This document shows, piece by piece, positions 1-9,103 of a stretch of 64,000 nucleotides of DNA. The stretch spans positions 186,001-250,000 of IMG/VR virus record IMGVR_UViG_3300027996_002186, one strand, 5' to 3'. The position numbers were made by a program, and so were the translations under genes. Numbering within the stretch: position 1 is the stretch's first letter; every line of letters starts with the position of its first letter. Under the pieces are notes generated by a model that did no database searches, was not told the origin of the DNA, and saw only the letters and a program-made list of their open reading frames with translations.

Positions 1-245
1 TTGAAAAATCAAAATCAGGAGAATGGAAAGAATATGAATCACCAGAAGCATTTAAAAATGAGACAGGTGCTTCTTTGGACGAAGAATATGTAGGTAGTAA
101 AAGTCAACAATTGTTGAATTTAATAACTGGTGCCGATGGTGAGTATGATGGTATTGATGATTATAGAGTAGGTTATATAGAATCAATTTATTTTGATGAT
201 GAGCCAACTGATATGTTAAAAAAATTATTAAGAAATTATGATTAA
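1..245 (+). CDS. hypothetical protein, 5'-truncated by window edge
   Basis: Open frame 3 from base 3 to TAA 243-245 (EKSKSGEWKEY...LLRNYD*), overlapping the next ATG. Confidence 0.7.
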   Translation, partial: EKSKSGEWKEYESPEAFKNETGASLDEEYVGSKSQQLLNLITGADGEYDGIDDYRVGYIESIYFDDEPTDMLKKLLRNYD

Positions 246-729
246 AAAGTGGAAACAATTCGTTAATGAATCAAATAGTGATTATAGTTTATTGAACTTC
301 TTTCAGGAGATGCAATCATTTCCAGCGGCGGGAGTAGATAAACAAGACATTGAAGAAGCGTCTAAACCTGTGAATAAAATGAAGACAGTTAGTAATGTTC
401 CTGAACTTCAAGGATTGTTAGATGATTGGAGTGGTGGGAAGTATGATGAAGATCCTGGATATTTAGTAAATGAATTAAGAGGTTTACTTGAGAGTAATAA
501 AATTGATGAGAATCTATCAGCAGAATTAGATAAAGAAACAATATTACATATTTTAAATTTGAAAGTTAAAGAAGGTCTAAATAAGAAAGTAAATTATGAA
601 TTATGGGATTTTGATGATGCCTACAAAGGTGTCTCTGATGGTGGTACAGTAAATGCTTATAAATCTGGTAGAAAAAAAGCTTTTAAGGAAGTTTTGGATA
701 TGATAAATGATTTTGATAAAAATAAATAA
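238..729 (+). CDS. hypothetical protein with CTS-like N-terminal leader (putative head-packaged protein)
   Basis: 163 aa ORF starting MIKKWKQFVNES. Confidence 0.75.
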   Translation: MIKKWKQFVNESNSDYSLLNFFQEMQSFPAAGVDKQDIEEASKPVNKMKTVSNVPELQGLLDDWSGGKYDEDPGYLVNELRGLLESNKIDENLSAELDKETILHILNLKVKEGLNKKVNYELWDFDDAYKGVSDGGTVNAYKSGRKKAFKEVLDMINDFDKNK

Positions 730-735
730 AGAAAG

Positions 736-1176
736 ATGATTAAAAAGTGGAGTCAATTTAACGAAAGTAAAGCAGAGAAACCAGGTGAAAATATACCGGG
801 TTCTGTTAAGGTAAATTTAACTGATGAGGATGTTAACGCATTTACAGATAACACATCTTTACAAAAATTAATTTCTGATGATAAAGTTGCATTACTTGAT
901 GGAGAAGCTTGGTATTGGGAAGATGATATGACTACTAAAGGTATTTTAGATCAATATTTAGAAATACCTGGTACTGTTGAAGAAGAACCAACTGGAGATT
1001 TAGTTAGTGAGAATTTTCAATGGTCGGATGATGAAATCAATAAATTAGAAATAGATATTCATGATGAGATTGCTAAAGGTATGACTAAGGAAGAATTTTT
1101 AGAATATTCTTCTAGTTACTCTTTTGGTATGGGTGAGGTTTTTGAAGTATTGAAAAAGTGGGCTTTTAGACCTTAA
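736..1176 (+). CDS. acidic hypothetical protein with CTS-like leader
   Basis: 146 aa ORF starting MIKKWSQFNES. Confidence 0.75.
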   Translation: MIKKWSQFNESKAEKPGENIPGSVKVNLTDEDVNAFTDNTSLQKLISDDKVALLDGEAWYWEDDMTTKGILDQYLEIPGTVEEEPTGDLVSENFQWSDDEINKLEIDIHDEIAKGMTKEEFLEYSSSYSFGMGEVFEVLKKWAFRP

Positions 1177-3060
1177 TTATCTTTTAAGATTTTCCCAAAG
1201 TATTTGATAGATATCATCTATTTTATTATACTTTATTCTAATTAAATTAATATAATTATCTTCACAGTAATTCTTCTTAATTTTATCTATTTCCCTTATC
1301 CTATTTAGTGTTTTTAATCCCCCAAACTCATCTATTGGTTCAAAATGATGTCTACCATCAAATTCTATTATTGTTCTTGTTTTTGGTAGATAATAATTAA
1401 ATATTAAACCATCTATGTTGTGGTTTTTATAATACCTTATGTCATTTTCATCTAAGAAATGTGATATATAATTCATATACTTAAATTCATCACATTTTTT
1501 ACAACCTATTCCGTAATTTAAGTGTGTATATGCCCTTTGTATAAAGGAACCGTGTATAGGACACAAAACTTCTATATGTGAGTTTATATTTTTATATTCA
1601 TTTACATTTATAATGTATTTATATTTAAAATTGTGTGTTATTTGACACTTGGATATTAGTTCATTTATTTTATTTTCTCTTGTTTTCTTATAAACTTTAA
1701 CCTTTGGTTGCTTCGCCTTTTTTGCTTCTGTGAGAGAGTAATATTCTGCTAATATATTTTCTATGTTTTTATAATCGGTGAATTTTATCCTCAATAAATC
1801 TATTTTATTATCGGTACAAAACTTATTTTTAATATTATCTCTTATTTGTGTTTCCTTTAACTTTTTGATACCACCCCATGTTTCTATTATTTCCGAGTGT
1901 TGTGGTCCATCATATTCTATACAAGAATTGAATTTGGGTATATAAAAATCAAATTTTAAGTTTTTTTTATATTCACACCCCTCAAATTCCTTTTGTGATA
2001 TAAAATTCACTTTATATTTATTTAATAATTCCCTTATTTTAATTTCACCTTTACTTTCCTTGCATATAGGACATCCTGAACCATTAATATGTTCAATTGG
2101 TCGTTTTGAGAATTGTCCGTGGAGTGGACATATTATTTCTATTTTTGATTTTTTATTTTTGAAAATTGATTTTGAATAATCATACTTATTATTAAATGTT
2201 TTATTTGATATTTTTATAAATTCATGTATATTCATTGATAATTTTTTTAATCTAGAGCATTCCGGACATCCTTTTTTGTTATGTATGTGATGTGTTGCAT
2301 TTTTTTCGAAAATGCCGTGAGATGGACATATTATTTTAACTTTATCTCTTAGTGTTTTATAGTTTACTAATTCGTAATTGTATTTATAATTATGTATTTT
2401 ATTACAACTTTCTATAAATTCATCCTTTGATATTTTTATTCTTTCTTCTGTGCATAATGTACAACATTGGCCTTTGGTTATGTGTCTTTCTGGATTTAAT
2501 ATGAACTCCCCATGTTTTTTACAGATTGCTTTTATCGGTGATTTATAATCAAATATTCCCGGCTTTGTGTATTGGTAAAGACCATGGTATATATTGTTAG
2601 ATCTTTCTATAAATTCCACAAATGTAATTTTTTGACTTTCAGATTTATTAATTATCGAGCACTTCGGGCATTTACTACCCATCATATGGTTTGATGGTGT
2701 TGGGAAAAATGATCCGTGTTCTTTACAAACAACTTCCACTTTTGTTTTGCTATCGATTAAATTGACTTTTGTGTAATCATATATGTTTCCGTGTTTCCTG
2801 TTACTTCTTTCTATAAATTCACTCTTAGTTATTTTATTCTTTGATGTTATTTTATTTGTGTAGCATTCTTTACACCCAGTTGATCCATTTAGGTGTGTGT
2901 AAACTTTTTGTTTAAATCTATTATCGTGATCCCTGCATTTTATTTCTATATAATCGTGTGATTTAACATCACCATTTATATAATATTTATAATTATAATC
3001 TTTGTGTATATTTTTAACTCTCTCTAAGAATTTTTCTTTTTCCATGTTATTATATATCAT
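1177..3060 (-). CDS. free-standing homing-endonuclease-like protein: six zinc-ribbon (DUF723-like) repeats and two PD-(D/E)XK/Vsr-like nuclease domains
   Basis: Repeats C-x2-HG-x-F...H...G-C-x2-C; nuclease motifs FDFYIP..CIEYDGPQH and FNYYLP..IIEFDGRHH; real start may be ATG 3045 (MEKEK). Confidence 0.8.
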   Translation of the reverse strand: MIYNNMEKEKFLERVKNIHKDYNYKYYINGDVKSHDYIEIKCRDHDNRFKQKVYTHLNGSTGCKECYTNKITSKNKITKSEFIERSNRKHGNIYDYTKVNLIDSKTKVEVVCKEHGSFFPTPSNHMMGSKCPKCSIINKSESQKITFVEFIERSNNIYHGLYQYTKPGIFDYKSPIKAICKKHGEFILNPERHITKGQCCTLCTEERIKISKDEFIESCNKIHNYKYNYELVNYKTLRDKVKIICPSHGIFEKNATHHIHNKKGCPECSRLKKLSMNIHEFIKISNKTFNNKYDYSKSIFKNKKSKIEIICPLHGQFSKRPIEHINGSGCPICKESKGEIKIRELLNKYKVNFISQKEFEGCEYKKNLKFDFYIPKFNSCIEYDGPQHSEIIETWGGIKKLKETQIRDNIKNKFCTDNKIDLLRIKFTDYKNIENILAEYYSLTEAKKAKQPKVKVYKKTRENKINELISKCQITHNFKYKYIINVNEYKNINSHIEVLCPIHGSFIQRAYTHLNYGIGCKKCDEFKYMNYISHFLDENDIRYYKNHNIDGLIFNYYLPKTRTIIEFDGRHHFEPIDEFGGLKTLNRIREIDKIKKNYCEDNYINLIRIKYNKIDDIYQILWENLKR

Positions 3061-3154
3061 ATAATATACTTCCCCTTTATATTTTTTCTTATATATACTT
3101 TTCTTATATAAATAATTTTTTTTTCATAAAATCTATAAATGGGGCGTGAAAATT

Positions 3155-3163
3155 TAATATATA
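3155..3163 (+). promoter_or_regulatory. putative late-promoter box TAATATATA upstream of recA/uvsX
   Basis: The same 9-mer or a close variant precedes >20 genes on both strands. Confidence 0.6.
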
Positions 3164-3194
3164 ACATAAGAAAATTAAAAATTAAAAATTTAAA

Positions 3195-4421
3195 ATGGCA
3201 AAAAAGAAAGAAGTTAAAAAATTTGAATTTAGTAAAGTAGGGGCTATATTAGATAACATCGCTAAAACTGTGCCTATTCAAATAGAAACTGAGGTAAAGG
3301 AAAGGGAGTTTATAACTACTGGTGTTTATGTGTTAGATGCTGCTTTATCTGGGAAATTATTAGAAGGTGGTATTTCTACAAATCGAATTACAGCCTTTGC
3401 TGGTGAGTCAGGGTCAGGAAAATCATTTTTGGCATATTCTGTTTGTAGAAATGCTCAAAAGAAAGGATATTCGGTTATTTATATTGATACAGAACAAGCT
3501 GTTGATTTGGAAGATATGCCTAAGTTTGGTGTTGATAGTTCTCCAGAAAAATTTAGACTTATAAGATCTAATAAAGTTGAGGATGTTAATATTCTCCTTA
3601 CCCAATTAGTTGATGAGTTGAAAGAGCAAAAGATTAATGGGTTTGAAATACCAAAGTTGTTAATAGTTTTGGATTCACTTGGTCAGATGGCATCTAATAA
3701 AGAAAAAGAAGATTTGTTGAAAGGTAATATTAAACAAGATATGACAAAGGCGAAGGCCATGGGTTCTATGTTCCGAAGTATAAACACTGATTTGGGGTAT
3801 TTGAATATTCCATTTTTAGTATGTAACCATACTTACCTAACCATGGATCTTTTTCCACGAGCAGTGCTAAAGGGTGGTAATGGATTATTATATTCTGCTT
3901 CTGTTATTGGATTTATGAGTAAGTCTAAACTAAAAACGGGTGATGAAGATGATATGGATTTAGGATCATCTGGGATTAGTGTATTGTTCAAAACACAAAA
4001 GAATAGATTAGCTAAACCTAAGAAAATCAGATTTGATATCTCATTTGCTAATGGTATGAATCCTTTTACAGGGTTAGATGCTTTTTGTAGACCAGAATAT
4101 TTTGAACAAATAGGTATTGCTAAAGGTAAAATGGAAGTGAATAAAGAAACTGGTGAAATGACATTTAAACCAGGTGGTAATAGATGGTATGTTAACCATT
4201 TGAGTAAATCAGTTAGTAAGAAACAATTATTTAGACCAGATGTATTTACAAAAGAGGTGTTAGAAGCTATGAACCCTATTGTAAATGATTATTTTAGATT
4301 CAAATCAATTGATGAAATAGAAGAAGTTGAAAAACAATTCAATGAAGTTATTGAGGATGACGCGTATGATGATACAAACGGTTTCACAGATGCGTCAGAC
4401 GCAGAAGATATTTTCAAGTAA
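3195..4421 (+). CDS. uvsX: RecA/UvsX-family recombinase
   Basis: Walker A GESGSGKS, YIDTE, Walker B LIVLDSLG, DMTKAK, NHTY, GGNG motifs of T4 UvsX/RecA. Confidence 0.92.
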   Translation: MAKKKEVKKFEFSKVGAILDNIAKTVPIQIETEVKEREFITTGVYVLDAALSGKLLEGGISTNRITAFAGESGSGKSFLAYSVCRNAQKKGYSVIYIDTEQAVDLEDMPKFGVDSSPEKFRLIRSNKVEDVNILLTQLVDELKEQKINGFEIPKLLIVLDSLGQMASNKEKEDLLKGNIKQDMTKAKAMGSMFRSINTDLGYLNIPFLVCNHTYLTMDLFPRAVLKGGNGLLYSASVIGFMSKSKLKTGDEDDMDLGSSGISVLFKTQKNRLAKPKKIRFDISFANGMNPFTGLDAFCRPEYFEQIGIAKGKMEVNKETGEMTFKPGGNRWYVNHLSKSVSKKQLFRPDVFTKEVLEAMNPIVNDYFRFKSIDEIEEVEKQFNEVIEDDAYDDTNGFTDASDAEDIFK

Positions 4422-4434
4422 ATCTTGAAAACCA

Positions 4435-4446
4435 AACCTTCGGGTT
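4435..4446 (+). other. short cUUCGg hairpin between uvsX and the Hc1-like gene
   Basis: AACC-TTCG-GGTT; no U-tract follows, so more likely a stabiliser or processing site than a terminator. Confidence 0.4.
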
Positions 4447-4465
4447 ATAAAACAAATAAATAAAT

Positions 4466-4633
4466 ATGAAGCAAGAAATTTTTGAACAATTAAAGCAATT
4501 GTGGGAAACATTTGAAGAGAGTCACAACAAACCAACTAAGAAGTCTGATGGTGATGCTCGTAAAGCTCTAGGTGAGATTAAGAAGTTAGTTACATCTTAT
4601 AGAGCGGCGTCTGTTGAAGAAGCTAAAAAATAA
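4466..4633 (+). CDS. histone H1-like Hc1-family small protein (not in ORF track)
   Basis: 55 aa MKQEIFEQLKQLWETFEESHNKPTKKSDGDARKALGEIKKLVTSYRAASVEEAKK; ARKAL-x-E-x-K-K...YR-x-x-SV pattern of Bacteroidota/Chlamydia Hc1. Confidence 0.75.
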   Translation: MKQEIFEQLKQLWETFEESHNKPTKKSDGDARKALGEIKKLVTSYRAASVEEAKK

Positions 4634-4650
4634 AAATACTAATCATCACC

Positions 4651-4878
4651 ATGTTACAGAGAAGAATAAAGGAATTGTTAGAGGAAAAAAATGTTGAAAG
4701 TGGAAACTTCCCTATGGAAAAACTATATAAAGCAGGTATGGATAATGTTAGTAATAACATTGAGTACTATTTTGACAAACAATATACTTGTGAATCAGTT
4801 TTACAGGAACTCTTTGTACGTGGTGTGATTAGTTATATTGAAAAAAGAAAAAATAATTTTCCTTATTTAGAAAAATAA
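4651..4878 (+). CDS. hypothetical protein
   Basis: 75 aa ORF. Confidence 0.55.
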   Translation: MLQRRIKELLEEKNVESGNFPMEKLYKAGMDNVSNNIEYYFDKQYTCESVLQELFVRGVISYIEKRKNNFPYLEK

Positions 4879-4911
4879 GGTGGTGGATGTTCGACTTCCA
4901 AAGTCGGTCCC

Positions 4912-4943
4912 AAAAACCCTAATCTTATGATTGGGGTTTTTTT
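4912..4943. terminator. bidirectional intrinsic terminator
   Basis: AAAAACCCTAATC-TTAT-GATTGGGGTTTTTTT between convergent genes. Confidence 0.8.
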
Positions 4944-4962
4944 ATGGATATAATTTTATTTT

Positions 4963-5433
4963 TCAAAAATCACCATAATTTACTTGAAAACATGGAATAT
5001 CGTTTGATCTCCACATTGTTACTACTTGGTCTCTATCATCAAAAACTGAAATAATTCGATTTTTAGAATCATCAGGGAAAATTGTATCTAACCAATGTTT
5101 TTTAAGATCATCATCCTTCATATATGCGAATGTATTTGATGTTGGTCTCATTTTTAGAACATCAAATGGTATGTTGTATTTATTTAACCATTGTGTCGTT
5201 GTGGCTTTTGTTGCTTTGCTTCTTCCTGAGAAGATAACGATCTTGAATCCAGCTTTGTGAAGTGTTTGTAATGTTTGAATTACTGGATCATTTGGTAAGT
5301 CTAAATCGATATTTTTCGGATCAAAGAATTGTTTGAAATCCATTTTACCGTTTGTTTTGGTGGATAGTTTTCTACGTGCATCTATGTTTGCGATAGTACC
5401 ATCGAGATCGAAAATATAAGTATCTTTTGTCAT
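4963..5433 (-). CDS. HAD phosphatase resembling the 3'-phosphatase domain of T4 polynucleotide kinase
   Basis: FDLDGT, SGR, LKMRP, FDDR, CFQV motifs. Confidence 0.85.
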   Translation of the reverse strand: MTKDTYIFDLDGTIANIDARRKLSTKTNGKMDFKQFFDPKNIDLDLPNDPVIQTLQTLHKAGFKIVIFSGRSKATKATTTQWLNKYNIPFDVLKMRPTSNTFAYMKDDDLKKHWLDTIFPDDSKNRIISVFDDRDQVVTMWRSNDIPCFQVNYGDF

Positions 5434-5451
5434 TGGTTTTTATTTAATGTA

Positions 5452-5904
5452 TTAAGCGAGAATCAATTTAAGGAAGTTATCTCTCTTTTCAGACTTTGAT
5501 AGTTTCTTAGCACAAGATGGTCCAATTCCAGTTAAGATACTAGATGGTACTGTTAGTGGTCTATTACATTTACCACATCTTCCTTCATGCCAAACTTCTA
5601 TTTTTTCAGATAGATTCTTTGATTTTAATTTTTTCACAACATATTCGAAAACTTTAACAGATTGTGAATCTTTTGTTATTAAAGATTTCTTACCGTGTCT
5701 GTAATTACCTTCTACTGCCGTTCCGATGTAAGAATAATTATCTGGTCCATTTAGAAGACTTACGAAAAACAGGTTTGAATCTTTAGCTTGTTTCACTTTG
5801 AAAGTGAATCTGTTATTAGTTTCTACATTTAAGAATGTAGTCGTTGATTTACCCGAGAAGATAAATTTAAGAGCGTCTGTGTTATTTAATTTGTGTCCTT
5901 TCAT
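5452..5904 (-). CDS. DUF6011-like zinc-binding protein
   Basis: HEGRCGKCNRPLT..SI..GIGPSCA. Confidence 0.7.
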   Translation of the reverse strand: MKGHKLNNTDALKFIFSGKSTTTFLNVETNNRFTFKVKQAKDSNLFFVSLLNGPDNYSYIGTAVEGNYRHGKKSLITKDSQSVKVFEYVVKKLKSKNLSEKIEVWHEGRCGKCNRPLTVPSSILTGIGPSCAKKLSKSEKRDNFLKLILA

Positions 5905-5929
5905 AGTTTTTATTTTGTAGTGATTAATA

Positions 5930-5940
5930 CAAATATAAGG
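5930..5940 (-). promoter_or_regulatory. host-type (Bacteroidota -7 box) early promoter CCTTATATTTG
   Basis: Exact 11-mer seen five times upstream of genes; contains TAnnTTTG. Confidence 0.75.
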
Positions 5941-5962
5941 AAATATTACTCAATGACCAAAT

Positions 5963-5971
5963 TAATATATA
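5963..5971 (+). promoter_or_regulatory. late-promoter box, 4 nt before ATG
   Basis: TAATATATA-ccgt-ATG. Confidence 0.65.
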
Positions 5972-5975
5972 CCGT

Positions 5976-6392
5976 ATGTTGAAAAAGTATAACGAGTTTC
6001 TAAAAGAAAGTGTTTATGGTGATAAAGGTATGACTTATAATGATATAAGTGATATTATGTTATACATAACTGATGAGTTTCCGGAGTTAGGATTTTCAGT
6101 AGAGAATCCATTACAATCAGGCATCATTAAAAATGATGATAAATCATTTATTATACAACTTTTTGATAAAACCATAGATTTTCCAAATGATATGCCAACA
6201 TTATATCATATAGAGCCAAAGATACACGATTTAATATATGATGTTCATTCACAACTAAGTGGATTCGGGTTAAAGGTATTTTATAGTGATTTTGGATCTA
6301 CTGATGCTTATTATGAGTTGGTTATCACTGAAATTGGTCATAAACCACAGTTTATACCGGAGAGATATGATAATGATGGTAACCCAAACTAA
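5976..6392 (+). CDS. hypothetical protein with CTS-like leader
   Basis: 138 aa starting MLKKYNEFLKES. Confidence 0.75.
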   Translation: MLKKYNEFLKESVYGDKGMTYNDISDIMLYITDEFPELGFSVENPLQSGIIKNDDKSFIIQLFDKTIDFPNDMPTLYHIEPKIHDLIYDVHSQLSGFGLKVFYSDFGSTDAYYELVITEIGHKPQFIPERYDNDGNPN

Positions 6393-6428
6393 CCAAAAGA
6401 GAGGTGGATTCGATAGATATATAATTCT

Positions 6429-7148
6429 ATGAATATAGTAGCAGTTGATCCGAGTTTAATTTCCACAGGGTTAGTGGTTTCTGATGGTGAAACATTTAAA
6501 ATATTTAATTATTGTCGCGAATCATCCGTATCTGGTAAGAAAGGTATGAAGAAGTGGTTTAAGATGGCAGAGCAATTTATAACCTATAAATATATTGAGT
6601 ATAGAGAGTTCGAAGATTACTCAGAAGGTGAGTTAACGAAATTAAAAGATTATGATAGAATTACTGATTATATTATAGATGATATCTTAGATACTATAAA
6701 TCCAGAAGAAGAAACTTTAATAGGAATTGAGGGTTATTCATTCTCAAGTACTGCTGGTGATATAATCGATTTGGTGACGTTTTCAACACTTCTAAGAAAG
6801 AAACTATTTGATAGAGTATCAGACGACATATTTGTACTTTCACCCTCTACATTGAAGTTAGAATCATGTAAATTAACATACAAACCTATTGAGAAAAAGA
6901 TTGGTGGTAAGAATCCAAGAACTGAATATATTTACAAGAATAATTGGGGAATTTCTGGTGGTAATTTTAAGAAACCTGAGATGTTAAGAGCAATTGTTGA
7001 GAATGATAACCTAAATGATTATTGGGCTACACATTGTAAGCAATCTAGTGAAGAATTATTAGCTGTTAAGAATTTACCTAAGCCTTATGAGGATTGTAAT
7101 GATGCGTATTTAATATACAAAGTATTAGAAAATAAAAAAACCACTTAA
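6429..7148 (+). CDS. RuvC-like/RNase H-fold nuclease (putative Holliday junction resolvase)
   Basis: N-terminal VAVDPSLISTG, IGIEGYSF, P-x-TLK and C-terminal D-x-x-DAY acidic motifs. Confidence 0.7.
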   Translation: MNIVAVDPSLISTGLVVSDGETFKIFNYCRESSVSGKKGMKKWFKMAEQFITYKYIEYREFEDYSEGELTKLKDYDRITDYIIDDILDTINPEEETLIGIEGYSFSSTAGDIIDLVTFSTLLRKKLFDRVSDDIFVLSPSTLKLESCKLTYKPIEKKIGGKNPRTEYIYKNNWGISGGNFKKPEMLRAIVENDNLNDYWATHCKQSSEELLAVKNLPKPYEDCNDAYLIYKVLENKKTT

Positions 7149-7162
7149 TTTAAGTGGTTTTT
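7134..7162. terminator. bidirectional intrinsic terminator
   Basis: AAAAAAACCACTTA-ATT-TAAGTGGTTTTT between convergent genes. Confidence 0.8.
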
Positions 7163-7168
7163 GTTTTA

Positions 7169-9097
7169 TTATGATTTTTTACTTATCTCATTATTTAAGT
7201 AATCAAATATTCCAGTTTTTATATCATCATTAGTTTTTCTTGAATGGCTTATCCAAGTTATTGCTTCCTCCCATTCTTTCGCTGTGAACTTCTGTGAAAG
7301 ATTTTCTTCTGATAAGAAATCTAATATATCAAGTCTAGAGTATTCAGATGCCCATTTGATAATCATATTTCTACCTCTATCATCAGATAATTTAGCTCCG
7401 TATTTAAGTAATAACTTAAATGCTCCTAAATAACTTTCTCCGATATCATCTCTTGTTTTCCAACTACCTTTACAAACTCTTCTGAATGGTAAAAAGTTAT
7501 TGAAGTTAGGATCTAATCCAGCTTTTAAACAATATTCTAAAGCATCCATATCGTGTAATATATTATTGAATACATCTCCTGTTATATCAGAGCCATTACT
7601 AACAAGTAGCTTAATCATCTCTAAGTTCTTAGCTTTTGAAATTGGAGCATCAGCTCCTTTCTTTAAGTTAGGAGATGCTCCTAATTGAAGTATAACTTTA
7701 GCCTTTTCGATATCATCTTCTTCAACAGCGTTTGACAAACACACACCATTATTCTTATTAATATTAGCACCATCTTCTTTTACAAATTTAACAATATCTT
7801 CAATTGATAATCCTTTCTCGATAATCCTTCTTTCGGCTACTTTAGCTCTTTCTCTCCTATCAACTTCTTCTTGTGTCATTGGTTTTAATTGATCCCAAAG
7901 ATTATCTTTTATTGCATATTCTTTTTGCCAATTATCCATTGTTCTTTTAAACCCACTTCCAACACTTGAATCATTCTTAGCGTGTGCTGCTCTTACTCTT
8001 TGACCTGGTTCGATTGTTACACCAACTACTGACATATTATCATGTTGTGGTATATTGAAGTTATAAACGTAATATTGTTTGTTATTATGATTTGATACAT
8101 AATTTTCCCATTGACTGTTATAATCTTTAATACAGTGTCTAGTATGTCCATTTAACATTTGATTCGCTGGGAATGATTTAACTTCTATTATAAGAATTCC
8201 ATTCTCATCAAATACTATATCAGCCCCGGCAAATCCAAATTTCTCATTACAATCATTTATTTTATCATAAAAAGCTAATATATCTGAATTTTCTGATGCT
8301 TTTAAGAAGTTTTCTGCCGCTCTGTTAAACTCACCAATGGTTTTGTAACGTTTTAATTGACCAACATATCTTTTAACTCCTTCAATTACTCTTACTTCAC
8401 CAAAGAATGATTTCCATAAACCATCTCTCTTTTCTTCATCTATTGTTCCGTCTTCCTTTTTACCCATCTCGTTAAATGCTGTGGCAATTGATGAGAATTT
8501 TTCTTTTTGTCCTTCGGCCGCTTTTTTATAATCCTTTTTAAGTTCACTAGTCAGTTTATCTACAATCTTCTTAACTTTTCTATAATCTTCTAATTGGTCA
8601 AGACCATCTACTAGAATCTCACTATTATTATCTATTTTAGTGTCTATAAAACCTACATTGAACTTTTTTGGTAATTGGTTTAATAAATTTTTGTATTCTA
8701 ATAATCTATTATACATAGACTTTATTTCTTCTAATGTAACCATTTCTACATAATACATATAAGTGAAGTTATATAAATAACCAATATTATCTTTGAGTTC
8801 TTCTCTTAACTCCAAAAATTCAGGATCTCTTTCAATCTGTTGTATTTCTTCATCCGAGATTTTCATACCTCTCATCATATATCTAAGTTCCTTTGCTTGT
8901 TCATCAGTGAAATCATTTAGTGTTAGTGATTTTTTCTCACCATGTTTCAATTGTTGTTCTAATTCACCTTTGATCAACCCCATTTCTTCAGCCGCTTTTA
9001 TTAAAAGGTGTCTCTCCTTCAAGAATTTCTTAGATTTATTTAGATCTTCGTTTATTGGCTTTTGATCCAAAAACTGATTATATTTATGTAGTTTCAT
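7169..9097 (-). CDS. ankyrin-repeat protein with CTS-like leader
   Basis: C-terminal GANIN, LGASPN, NGSDI, AGLDPN, YGAKL ankyrin-like turns; starts MKLHKYNQFLDQKPINE. Confidence 0.7.
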   Translation of the reverse strand: MKLHKYNQFLDQKPINEDLNKSKKFLKERHLLIKAAEEMGLIKGELEQQLKHGEKKSLTLNDFTDEQAKELRYMMRGMKISDEEIQQIERDPEFLELREELKDNIGYLYNFTYMYYVEMVTLEEIKSMYNRLLEYKNLLNQLPKKFNVGFIDTKIDNNSEILVDGLDQLEDYRKVKKIVDKLTSELKKDYKKAAEGQKEKFSSIATAFNEMGKKEDGTIDEEKRDGLWKSFFGEVRVIEGVKRYVGQLKRYKTIGEFNRAAENFLKASENSDILAFYDKINDCNEKFGFAGADIVFDENGILIIEVKSFPANQMLNGHTRHCIKDYNSQWENYVSNHNNKQYYVYNFNIPQHDNMSVVGVTIEPGQRVRAAHAKNDSSVGSGFKRTMDNWQKEYAIKDNLWDQLKPMTQEEVDRRERAKVAERRIIEKGLSIEDIVKFVKEDGANINKNNGVCLSNAVEEDDIEKAKVILQLGASPNLKKGADAPISKAKNLEMIKLLVSNGSDITGDVFNNILHDMDALEYCLKAGLDPNFNNFLPFRRVCKGSWKTRDDIGESYLGAFKLLLKYGAKLSDDRGRNMIIKWASEYSRLDILDFLSEENLSQKFTAKEWEEAITWISHSRKTNDDIKTGIFDYLNNEISKKS

Positions 9098-9103
9098 ATA
9101 ATT

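Noticed and set aside
4879-4911. GC-richer stretch with GTTCGA resembling a tRNA/tmRNA T-arm
   Set aside because: Forms only a small hairpin (CGACTT-CCA-AAGTCG); no acceptor stem or cloverleaf can be built.
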